Assembly: GCA_038087875.1 (NCBI GenBank)
Contig: CM076001.1
Coordinates: 1,984,001-2,048,000, forward strand
Direction of reading: 5' to 3'
DNA: 64,000 nucleotides
DNA from: Malacoraja senta
Lineage: Eukaryota
In this document: piece by piece, positions 23,925 through 35,626 of the stretch
How the letters are laid out: every line of letters starts with the position of its first letter
Position numbering within the stretch: position 1 is the stretch's first letter
The notes under the pieces: model-generated
The model's input: only the letters and a program-made list of their open reading frames with translations
What the model was told of the DNA's origin: nothing
Database searches by the model: none
Translations under genes and position numbers: made by a program

Positions 23925-26700
23925 CCGGCCCCTTAGGCCTATCAAGTCTACTCCGCCATTCAATCATGGCTGATCTGTCTCTCCCTCTTAACCCCATTCT
24001 CCTGCTTTCTCCACATAACCCCTGACACTCGTACTAATCAAAAATCCATCCATCTCTGCTTTAAATATATAAATTGACGTCATCCACAGCCTTCTGTGTC
24101 AAAGAACTCCACAGATTCACCACCCTTTAACTAAATAAATTCGTCCTCCTTCTTTCCAAAAGAACGCCATTTCATTCTGAGGCCGTGGCCTATGGCCGTA
24201 GACTCTCCAACAAGTGGAATCTCCGCGTCCAATCTATGCGAGCCTTTCACTATGCGGTAAGTTTCAATGAGGTCCCCATGATGCTTCCAATCTCCAGCGA
24301 GTATAGGCTCAGTGCCGTCAAGTCAAACGCTCATCATATGTTAACCGACTTATTCCTGGGGTCGTTGTTGTAAACGTCCTCGGGACCCTCTCCGAGCTAC
24401 CACATCCTTCTTTAGATATGGTACCCACAATTGCTCACAATTCTCCAAAAGCGGCCTGACCAGCGCCTTATAGCGCCTTAGTATTATATATCTGTATTTT
24501 TGTATTCTAGCCATGTTGCCTTCCTTACTACTAATTCGATTTGCAAATTAACTATTCTGGTAATCGTGCACCAGCACTCTCAAGTCCCTTTGCACCTACG
24601 ATTTCAAGATTCCTTCCCCATTTTGGAAATTGTCTACGCCTATCTTCCTACTACCAAAATGCGTAGTTCCACACTTTGCTACTGCATATTCCATCTGCCA
24701 CTGTTCTGCGCACTCTCTCCAACCTATCCAGATCCTCATACAAAGTCCCATCATTCATACACTACCTGTGTATGGATCATGTTGCCGGAGGAGGCAGTTA
24801 ATCGCAAAGTTTAAGAAATATTGCGACACGTACATGGATAAGATATGTTTAGAGGAATATGAGCCAATCGTAGGAAAGTGCGTGTGTGCAGACGGGGTAG
24901 GTTCCTCAGCGTGGGCAGGTTGGGCCGGAGGACTTGTTTCACGCTGTATGACACCAGATCTCTATGCCAAAATGGAAAACAACACATCACCTTCCGCCGG
25001 GGCAAGGTGCAAATTTCTGGACTTAGCATCCGAGTCTCCAACTCTACTAAATCTCAGGTACACAAAAATGCTGGAGAAACTCAGCGGGTGCAGCAGCATC
25101 TATGGAGCGAAGGAAATAGGTAACGTTTCGGGCCGAAACTCTTCTTCAGACTGATAGGGGGTGGGGAGAAGAAAGGAAAAAAGGAAAAAGGCGGAGGAGG
25201 AGCCCGAGGGCTGGGGGGGGGGAGGAGACAGCCAGATGGCTGATGAAGGGGAGGGGACAGCAAGGGCTAGCAGAATTGGGAGAATTCAATGTTCAGGCCA
25301 CCAGGTGGTAGAGTGCCCAAGCGGAATATGAGGTGCATTTCCTCCAATTTACGGTGTTGCTCGCTGTGGCCATGGAGGAGACCCAGGACAGAGAGGTCAG
25401 ATACGGAATGGGAGGGGGAGTTGAAGTGCTGAGCCACCGGGAGTTCAGGTTGGTTATTGCGGACCGACCGGAGGTGTTCCGCGAAACGATCGCCAAGCCT
25501 CCGCTTGGTCTCACCGATGTAGATCAGCTGGCATCTAGAGCAGCGAATGCAATAGATGAGGTTGGAGGAGATGCAGGTGAACCTCTGTCGCACCTGGAAC
25601 GACTGCTTGGGTCCTTGAATGGAGTGGAGGGGGGAGGTGAAGGGACAAGTGTTGCATCTCTTGCGGTTGCAAGGGAAAGTACCAGGGGAGGGGGTGGTAT
25701 GGGCGGGAAAGGAAGAATTCACAAGGGAGTTACGGAGGGAGCGGTCTTTGCGGAAGGCAGACATAGGGGGAGATGGGAAGATGTGGCGAGTGGTGGGGTC
25801 ACGTTGGAGGTGGCGAAACTGACGGAGGATCACTTGTTGTATGTGACGGCTGGTGGGGTGAAAGGTGAGGACTAGGGGGACTCTGCCTTTGTTGTGAGTG
25901 GGGGGATGGGGAGAGAGAGCAGTGTTGCGGGGTATGGCAGAGACCCTGGTGCGAGCCTCATCTATGGTGGAGGAGGGGAACCCCCGTTCCCTGAAGAATG
26001 AGGACATTTCAGATGCCCTGGTGTGGAACGCCTCATCCTGGGAGCAGATGCGGCGTAGACGGAGGAATTGGGAGTAGGGGATGGAGTCCTTACAGGAAGC
26101 AGGGTGGGAAGAAGTGTAGTCCAGATAGCCATGAGAGTCGGTAGGTTTGTAGTGGATGTCGGTAAGGATAAATCTCTCTTCCTCGTCATTTGGAAGAAAA
26201 TTCGGCATTTCGACGACTGTCTTGGTTATATTGTCTCTCGTGAAAACGTTCAAAAATTGAAATGTCAAATCACAACATCGTTCGGTCCAGAGAAATAAAA
26301 TATCCTGATCTACACAGTCTCTCTCGGAATTGGATATCTCCAGTCCTGGCAAAAATGTTGTCATTAATACTCTGCAACTCCCCAGATTAATGGTATCATT
26401 GGTAACATATTGCGACCTGAACAACATTGCACGTGCGGTCTCGCCAACGTCTCAGACCAGATGGTTGAACTCCACTTATACCCAACTGCGTGCGACTCCT
26501 GATGTGAGATAAGCCCACACCTTAAGATGGCTGAGGGAAACAATATCCTACCAGCCCCATACAAATTGACTCGCATTGCTTGCAATCCGATTGCTCATGA
26601 ACAAGATGTAGAAAATGCACTGTTTTTGTGCTGTATAACATGCAACTACCACTTACAGTGAGATTTGGTAGAATATTCCTGCCCCTCCCGTGAGGGAGAG
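23925..26700 (-). mobile_element. Ancient CR1 remnants, shared with the gene 3 upstream region (about 54965-56600) and interrupted by Penelope
   Basis: Antisense CR1 3' UTR near 23930-24130. Degenerate TLARPHVQCC and RVLMTTFLPGLE resemble CR1 RT C-terminal motifs. Confidence 0.7.
25056..26168 (-). mobile_element. 5'-truncated Penelope-like retroelement (RT end + GIY-YIG endonuclease + terminal repeat) with an 8-bp TSD (TAAATCTC)
   Basis: ORF part DIHYKPTDSHGYLDY...SQFLRLRRIC...NLIYCIRC...YIGETKRRLGDRFAEH. TSD at 25048-25055 and 26169-26176. The paralogous site near 56130 is empty. Confidence 0.92.
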
Positions 26701-27356
26701 TTGGCGCTGCGTCCCCTTTAAATATTTACCGTCTCATTTTAGACTCCTACCCTCTTTTAGAGACCTATATCCGAGGAACAAAATAAAATACCTCCACTGA
26801 TCATCACCTTGACTTATTTTAATCCTCCATAACTCCTCGGGGTCTTGCTCGCTGCAGAGAGAAACCTCTGCATTATCCAGTCCATCTCACAATTCACACC
26901 GTCCAATATTAGTACCATTCTTGTGAATAGAGTTGCTTACTCCATAGTTTAAATGGATCTTTAATGAATTATTAAGAAAAATAATATCCCTGTTCCTGTG
27001 CTGTACTGCTCTGTGAAGTTTTTTTTCTGTGAATTGCTTGGTTTGAGTGCAGCAAACATATCACTTCTTTCTTAGGTCAAGACTTTCTTCAGAATGATCT
27101 ATACCCCAAACATATACCGCCGGTCAGAGTCTCCTTAACCCATTCAATTAGTTCTATCATCTTGCACATCAACATTCTTGATATTTCCAACGGATCAATG
27201 CATTGAGATGAATTCGCCCTAATATCCGGAATAACATCAAACGCTGTTCACCTCTCTGTTATTTGAATTAACACATTTATTTAAAGATATCCTGTTGGTC
27301 AAGAATATTTTTTGCCGATATTTATTACTGGTCAGTTGTCACGTTACACATAATAT

Positions 27357-28394
27357 AGGTATGTTACAAAACTTACCTTCAGTCGCGCTGTAATTCTGTC
27401 ACTGGCCATGTGCGCGATTTTGGCGCCTTTAAGGGGGGCGGGGTTAAAACGCGGTTTCTCCTCCCTTGTCCTGAATTATATTTCGTTGGAGTACAAGCGT
27501 GTGCTGAAAAATCATTCCTAGGGGCGTTTTCTGAATTTTTTATTTTTATTAAATCGTCAATGTCAGCGCTGGAGTAAATTTAAAAGCAGCTCCTGAAGCG
27601 TCAACGCCGATTACGGGGACGGATTTCACTCACGGGACAGGCAAACGAAAGTGGTTTCTTTAAATGTATAAAAGTGCTTCTTAAGAAGCCTTTAATTCAC
27701 ATTTTGTTCATGCAAAACGGTGATTTTATTCCCCGAACTAACGGCAGTATTTTTCATGCCAATACGGGGTTAAATTCACCGCAAATGAACGTTCCAAAAG
27801 ATCGCGTTCCAGAAATCCTCACTCACAAGATGATTTAAATGCCCTTTAATTTACAGGGATTAAACATTCAATTCCTTCCATTTGGCCTGTAAATTCATGA
27901 AAATGAGATTTAAAAATTATGTTATATTGTGAATTATTGTGTGAATGTTATTTGGACACTTAGGCTATTTAAAAATGTTAATCTATTCTTAACAAATTGA
28001 TAGATGTTTAGATCTAATAATTGAATTTTGTAATTAGCTACAATTAGGTAACTAACTAATTATATGCTTTACTTTCATGTCTTCTAAGTAAGATTGTTTC
28101 ATATTTGTTCCAGAATGCTTCAATCTATAATAACTGAAAATTTCTTTCAGTTATCTTAATTTTTAAGAAACTTATGGGCTTTTAACTGTCCTCGATCACA
28201 GCTTTTGTGTTAAGTCAATGGAAAAGCAATAGCGAACAAGATGCTAATTTCCGAGTATAGAAATGGCCATAACTTCTTTAATACAGAAGAGATGAAAGTG
28301 AATTAGGTGTCAAATTAAACTTCTTTTTATGCTTTATCTGATGCGATAAATTGCAGACTTTATTTTTTAAATCTCAAAATTTTGTAACATTGTT
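27357..28394. mobile_element. Non-autonomous DNA transposon (1038 bp) with a 9-bp TSD (ACATAATAT) and subterminal inverted repeats
   Basis: TSD at 27348-27356 and 28395-28403. ATGTTACAAAA / TTTTGTAACAT lie 4 nt inside each end. The paralogous site near 57280 is empty. Confidence 0.8.
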
Positions 28395-28912
28395 ACATAA
28401 TATTTGCTTATCCTTTACATCATGAAGTGCCAACAGTCGAAATATAGTAATGCTGCTGTTGTAGTTGAATTGTATAAGATGTCGTCTAGAAGGTTCCTGT
28501 GATTTACATCATTTGGAACGCTGCACTAGAATGATTCCGTTTTCTTTTGAAAAGGAGCTGCACGAGGAATCTAGGATCAAACTATTAATGGGTGCATGTT
28601 AATGAATGGAACCGTGTCTGAAAATTGCATAACAAATGCTACAAATAAAATACTGTATTATATCGCAGCATATGTGGATAAATGCTATATGACATGTATT
28701 TTGCTACATCTTCGTGTCACGCGTTTAAATTTAAAAATAGAATCTTACAATTCTCTTGAGCGGTTGGTACTCAGCAGGTGCCTGAGTAGCGAAAGATCGC
28801 ATAATCAGTTTGATCGCTTTACATCACCTGGGAGCAACCTATTTGTTCAACGTTACACAACGGATGTCCGCGGGGACGTGAATGCACGCTGTCCTTCACT
28901 TTTTTCCAGGAA

Positions 28913-28920
28913 TATAAATA
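28913..28920 (+). promoter_or_regulatory. TATA box of GPCR gene 2
   Basis: TATAAATA about 80 nt upstream of the ATG, conserved in gene 3. Confidence 0.7.
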
Positions 28921-28993
28921 TAGCGCGGTTTGACTTCTCAATATGACTTCTGTAAGTTTTGAACTGCGTAACTGGGGACGGCTTGAAGGAGAA

Positions 28994-31318
28994 ATGAGTT
29001 GGAAGTGGCACTTGGAAGTTGAATATTATTATTATCCAATTCTAGCAGCAATAGGAGTACCCGGTAGGTCAAGGGAACGCTGTATGTGGGACTGAGATGT
29101 GGGATGCTGTGTTGATAAAGTCAATGTTAAAGGTAAAGTGAAAATAGTGTGCGAAAAACGGGAATGCTAGACTTCATCCTTCGGGTTACGGCGGTATTAA
29201 CCAGAACATGCTAATCTCCTTGATCGTTGGTCGTTCATTGGATGTGGTACATGTTGATTCTCTTCAGATTCAGGTTTAAGTGCATTGTTGTCATGTCTCC
29301 CTGAGAGCTGCAACAAAAAGCTTTGGTTTGCAAGCAATCCAATCAGATCAAATAATATTATATATCAATACAAACAATTCAATCTCAGCAACAGGTAGTG
29401 TAAAAGCAGATATCGGAGTGTAGAGCATAGTTTAAGTTTGGTAGCGCATAAACTCCAATGTCCGTAAGGGGATAGAGGTGAATCGGCAACACCCTGGTAT
29501 ATGGAAAAGCGGCTCAGAAGCCTGACAACAGAGGGGAGGAGGCCGTTCTGGAGTCTGGTGGTGCGAGCTTTCAACCTTCTGTATCTTCTGCCCGACGGGA
29601 GTTGGAAATAGGAGGAATGAGCGGGGTGAGACATGTCTTTGCACATGTCGCCTCCGTATCCCAGGCATTGTGAAGTGCAAATGCAGTCAACACTTGAAGT
29701 CCTCAACCACTTCCACTTCAGCACCATTGATGATGACTGGTGATCCACCGCTTTTCGTGAAATCGATAACTAGCTCCTTCGTCCTGTTGACACTAACGTT
29801 GAGATTGTTATTATCTGGAAACTTGTGGGAGCAGTTACAGCCGAATTTGGTCGCGGGGTCGTGAGTGTTGAGGGTGCAGTCGGGGACGGAGCAGTCATCT
29901 TTATGTGGCACCGTTGTAGAGAATTATTGTGGAAGGGGTGTTATCACTAATTCTTACTGATTAAGGTATGTTCATTAGAAAGTCGAGTATCCACTCGCAA
30001 GCTGGTGTACTGATCGCTAGGCTCGAGAGTTTATCAATGGGTTTGGATGGGAGTAGTGTTGAAGGCAAGTACTTCAGCGGAGAAATGGGAATCTAACGTT
30101 CGACTGCTTGCTGCCTGGCTGTTCCCGGGAAGTGTTTCGGTCCAGGACGATTGCGTCTGACGCGGGCATGTTGCTGCAATATGGAATCTGCGGTGCATCA
30201 AGGGTGGCTCGGAGAGAGCTCACACTGCCTGCGTTTATTGCTGCTAGCTAATCCGCACAGCTCCTTAGCACGCACCCAGGTTTGCATGTGGGGCCGTTGT
30301 TTTCGAACAAATAAACAAAGCGTACCTAAAATTGACCCCGCCTCCAAATTAGCATCGCGTTTCCCTTCCATGTAACGACAGTTTCCTCTTTTCTACTCCC
30401 CCAGTGAACTTGCTGGCGATTGTGATCCTGTCCCGCAGAAATTGTGGTCTCTCAAAATGCACCACTTGTTACCTGGTGGCCATGGCGACGGCGGACCTCT
30501 CAGTGATCGTCTGCGAAGTGATATTACATCGGATTGCCGACCTTTACTGGGTCGACACATTCCTCTTCCACAATACTGTGTGCAGGTCCATTATGTTCCT
30601 CGCTCCCGCGGCCGTAGCCTGTTCGGTTTGGCTCACGGTCGCTTTCACATTTGATCGCTTTGTGGCCATTTCCACTCAGAATCTGAGAAGCAGATACTGC
30701 ACCGAGAGAACCGCGCTGGTGGTTATAGTGACCCTATCTGCGTTCTTCTGTTTACAGAACGCGCCCTGGCCTTTTGCGTACACTCATTATCTCAGGGATA
30801 AGCAGGGTATACCGTGGGGTTGCCGAATACGATATCACTTTTATAGCCTATCCTCGTGGATAGCATATTCCTGGACTCAACAGCTGCTAATCCCAGTCAT
30901 TCCGTTTTGTTTGATTATGCTGATGAACGTACTCACAGTCAGACGCATTTTAGTGGCCAGTCGTGTCCGCAGAAATCTCCGTGATCTCAGTAGTGAGGAC
31001 CCCGAGATCGCAAACCGCAGACTGTCCGTAATTTTACTCCTTGCAATTTCCAGCAGCTTTATGCTGCTCTGGGGCACAACTGTAGCATATTTCGTTTTCT
31101 ATCGAATTACGAACGCATTTATGTACAGGGGGTTGATGAACCCATTTGTAACCTTTGAACAAACTGGAATTATGCTACAACTGTTGAACACCTGCACAAA
31201 CACGCTCATTTACACCGTGACCCAGAGGAGGTTCAGAGAGCAGCTGCCACAGGTACTCAAATACCCCTTCACCCTAACTGTAAGTTTAATAAAATCGAGA
31301 AAACCTGGTGTAAAATAA
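28994..31318 (+). CDS. GPR139/GPR142-like class A orphan GPCR, copy 2 (exon 1 28994-29063, exon 2 30405-31318; 327 aa)
   Basis: Exon 1 encodes MSWKWHLEVEYYYYPILAAIGVP and ends at the G|GTAGGT donor. CAG acceptor at 30404. Intact 7TM frame with a DRF motif and LLNTCTNTLIY. Confidence 0.93.
29270..29950 (-). mobile_element. Old Rex1/Babar-type fragments in the gene 2 intron (shared with the gene 3 intron, about 58170-59080)
   Basis: HPAHSSYFQLPSGRRYRRLKARTTRL and TKELVIDF...VIINGAEVEVVEDFK peptides. Confidence 0.75.
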
Positions 31319-32522
31319 CATTACAATACTAATCCTTTCGTGAGTGAGTGCAAAAACTAGATAATGAAGGAGTTTTCTATGAAAGCTTTCCGCATCAATT
31401 TTAAAAAAAAAAGCTGAGAAATACAATCTGAACGCGTCCCCTGCACTGGAATGCACATTTGGCCATATATTTAACATGCGACACGGGCGCGTTGTTCAAA
31501 GTGCCCAGTGGGGAGGGCGGCCATGTGGAACCGAGTGCTATGTTGTACTGGAGCAGACCTCCAATGATTCCGGAATTGAGCCTCGCTGTTAACTGTTTCC
31601 ACCTTCATTTAAATGCAGCGGCAACGTCTCCAGCACCTAATGAAAATAGACATAGAGTTATGGTCCTAAACATTGCAACCTCCATAACTCTACTCTTCTT
31701 TGAGACGTTCCATGGTTACGTATGTAAGTGCCCAGTGCACAAATGTGTTTAATAAAATTATTTCTGCAACATTTACGTTAATGAGAGTTCGATTTTATTT
31801 TTGCTTCTCGCACTGAATGGAATGCCTCATTGCACCTTACAGAGGCTTTCGGTTTTCATCACAATTATTAACTCTGGACTAGATGCAGCCAAAGGTTGTG
31901 GGCGCTATTCATACAAGTTGGCATTACTAATTATATTTTAATGGAAGCAGAGTGTGACAAGCGAGTGTCCAGTAGAGGGCGGTAAAGTGAGTAAGTTCAC
32001 CCGTGTGGTCAAGGGATTCTGAATCGATTTGCATTAATGTCCCACATCCATTGATGCAGCGCCGACGCTGGAGCTCTGCCGAGGCGAAGTAACTAAATTC
32101 GGCGTACAAGTACATATCTGTTTTGTGCAGTTGCATCGTATGCATCATTTACCGCTCTCATTGTAAGCATCACGGAGAGCAAGGAGCTCAAAGGATTGCT
32201 TCTCCGGCTCGAGAGCATTTCTTGTCGGGTAGGCGACGTATCGGCTGTTTAGTTACCTGCAGCGAAAAATGGAGAATTATGAACTAACCTTTTATCGAAA
32301 TATAAACTGATAACAAAATTATTGAGGGGTCAAAATTAGCTTTCCTCCAGTTGTTTGTGCCAGTATTGATATCCATTGGGACCAGTGTCCATTTGTGACT
32401 TGGCGCCATCTTCCACAGCAATCTTTTCTGAACTTGATTTGCCAACAAACCCTCCATCCGTTGAATCCAGCCGCCACGCCTCCAACTGAATGGCAATAGC
32501 TCTACTATTCCGTTCCTCGACT

Positions 32523-35500
32523 TTTCCCCCTCATCACACTATTCTTCTCAAAACCCATCTCTGATTGGTCATGTAAGTACTCAGGTTACAAATCTGCTTG
32601 ATATAATGAGATTACAATGTACATTAAAGATTTACTCTTCACCAGTTGCATCCAACGGTAGCGGATGGTGTTTTACAAGCAAGGGAATCTAATTATATTT
32701 TAAGGAAGCAGAGTCTGGTAGTCGGGGCGGTAAAATGAGAATGTTCGCTTTTCTGATTGGTCATAGTTACGAATTGGTCTGGCATGTATCTCCCAAGCCA
32801 CTACCACAGCACAGAAGCTGCAGCTCTGCACAGGCAAAGAGAGTAGAATAAAAACAAAAGGAAAACGCTCGAAAGGAAGCTTCTCAGATTCGAGTGTATC
32901 TCGGGTAGGACTCCGCAGTTGGGCAGACATTGAGAAAAATGGAGAAGGCTTCCAATTAAAATGTAACTGATTACGAAAAATAAGGGATCTTTCAGCTGTT
33001 TGTGCCTGCTACGATATTGCTGAGAATCAGGGTTGATTGGTGACTTTTGTCTTGGCGGCAACTTCTCCACAAATCTTTCCATAACATAATTTACAATCCT
33101 CCATACTTTGAATGCAACAGCGAAGCCTTCAGCTCTCAATGCCAATGTGTCCACAATTTCGTTCCTCAACCGTTCCATGCCCATCACTCTTTCCTTGTGA
33201 GGCCATCTATGATTTTCCATGTACGTACCCAGACCACAATTCTTGATACTCTTCTTGTAGACTGCTTCTCCCACATTCGTGCAATAATATGTATATAGAC
33301 ACATATATTTCATTTGGAGATACAGCGCGGAAACAGGCCCCTCGGCCCCCGGAGTCCGCGTTGATCAGCGATTACCGCACATTAACACCATCCGACACAC
33401 TGGGGATAATTTACCATTTTACCGAAACCAATTAACCTACAAACCGATACGTCTTTGGAGTATTCGAGGAAACCGGAGCACCCGGATAAAAGCCTACGGG
33501 GATAATGGACAACGGGTCACGCGGATAACGGACAAACTCCGTACAGGCAACTACAGTGGTCAGGATCAAATCCGGATCTCTTTCGGTTTAGTACAGCATC
33601 ACTACCGCTGCGGCACCCCTGCCGGTTTGATATTAAACAGTGTTATGGAAAGATTTGTGCGGAAAGTGATGCCAAGTGACAAGTCATTAATCAACCCTCA
33701 TCGTAAATACTAATATATCTATCTATCTATATACTTTTAAAACTCTCTGGCTGTCGTCTGTCTGTACGTCTGTACGTCCCAACGCCGCCTTTGATACCGC
33801 CCCTGGCCCACACGGCGCGCGGAAAGGCCCATATTTTTCACCATTTCCAAAGAGATGACATTTATCTTTACGAATAGCCACTCCTGATTAAATTCGGTCC
33901 TGTTTATGTACACGTTTTTTTAATAAAATCCATCCCCCCCCACCCCCATGTGATTTTCTCCGATTGTCTCCGATTTTCTCCGAAAACGACGCCATCTTTT
34001 TTTCGTCGATTTTCTCCGAAAACGACGCCATCTTTTTTTCGCCGATTTTCACCCCGGGGTCTGAAGCACGTTCGGGGACAACACCCCGGGGTGTCAAGCA
34101 CTTTCGGGGACCAGACCCAACGGGTCTGCACTTGGTCTAGTATACTTTTAAAACTCTCTGGCTGTCGTACGTCTGTACGTCTGTACGTCTGTACGTCTGT
34201 ACGTCCGTACGCCGCCTTTGATACCGCCCCTGGCCCACACAGCGCGCGGAAAGGCCCATATTTTTTAACATTTCCAAAGAGATGACATTTATCTTTACGA
34301 ATAGCCACTCCTGATTAAATTCGGTCCTGTTTATGTACACGTTTTTTTAAATAAAATCCACCCCCCCCACCCCCATGTGATTTTCTCCGATTGTCTCCGA
34401 TTTTCCCCCTCATCACACTATTCTTCTCAAAACCCATCTCTGATTGCTCATGTAAGTACTCAGGTTACAAATCTGCTTGATATAATGAGATTGCAATGTA
34501 CATTAAAGATTCACTCTTCACCAGTTGCATCCAACGGTAACGGATGGTGTTTTACAAGCAAGGGAATCTAATTATATTTTAAGGAAGCAGAGTCTGGTAG
34601 TCGGGGCGGTAAAATGAGAATGTTCGCTTTTCTGATTGGTCATAGTTACGAATTGGTCTGGCATGTATCTCCCAAGCCACTACCACAGCACAGAAGCTGC
34701 AGCTCTGCACAGGCAAAGAGAGTAGAATAAAAACAAAAGGAAAACGCTCGAAAGGAAGCTTCCCAGATTCGAGTGTATCTCGGGTAGGACTCCGCAGTTG
34801 GGCAGACATTGAGAAAAATGGAGAAGGCTTCCAATTAAAATGTAACTGATTACGAAAAATAAGGGATCTTTCAGCTGTTTGTGCCTGCTACGATATTGCT
34901 GAGAATCAGGGTTGATTGGTCACTTTTGTCTTGGCGGCAACTTCTCCACAAATCTTTCCATAACATAATTTACAATCCTCCATACTTTGAATGCAACAGC
35001 GAAGCCTTCAGCTCTCAATGCCAATGTGTCCACAATTTCGTTCCTCAACCGTTCCATGCCCATCACTCTTTCCTTGTGAGGCCATCTATGATTTTCCATG
35101 TACGTACCCAGACCACAATTCATGATACTCTTCTTGTAGACTGCTTCTCCCACATTCGTGCAATAATATGTATATAGACACATATATTTCATTTGGAGAT
35201 ACAGCGCGGAAACAGGCCCCTCGGCCCCACGGAGTCCGCGTTGATCAGCGATTCCCGCACATTAACACCATCCGAAACACTGGGGATAATTTACCATTTT
35301 ACCGAAACCAATTAACCTACAAACCGATACGTCTTTGGAGTATTCGAGGAAACCGGAGCACCCGGATAAAAGCCTACGGGGATAATGGACAACGGGTCAC
35401 GCGGATAACGGACAAACTCCGTACAGGCAACTACAGTGGTCAGGATCAAATCCGGATCTCTTTCGGTTTAGTACAGCATCACTACCGCTGCGGCACCCCT

Positions 35501-35595
35501 GCCGGTTTGATAGTAAACAGTGTTATGGAAAGATTTGTGCGCAAAGTGATGCCAAGTGACAAGTCATTAATCAACCCTCATCGTAAATACTAATA

Positions 35596-35625
<30 letters not shown>
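32523..35625. repeat. Recent tandem duplication, offset 1879 bp (about 32523-33729 vs about 34402-35625)
   Basis: Near-identical blocks, for example ORFs 32700-32930 and 34579-34809. About a dozen substitutions counted by eye over about 1.2 kb. Each copy contains the same minus-strand HE1-like SINE (about 33310-33625 and 35190-35505). Confidence 0.9.

Positions 35626-35626
<1 letters not shown>

Noticed and set aside
25267-26427. 386-aa ORF as a single protein
   Set aside because: Chimeric. The N-terminal roughly 86 aa come from the flanking ancient CR1 read through the TSD; only the part below about 26168 is Penelope.
26330-26650. Cys-rich plus-strand ORFs conserved with 56287-56598
   Set aside because: They are the antisense of a decayed CR1 shared through segmental duplication, and the frames are not preserved between copies.
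33270-33300. TYYC motif in ORFs 32801-33313 and 34920-35192
   Set aside because: No upstream V framework (no D-x-A, no WYRQ) and no RSS after it. Treated as chance.
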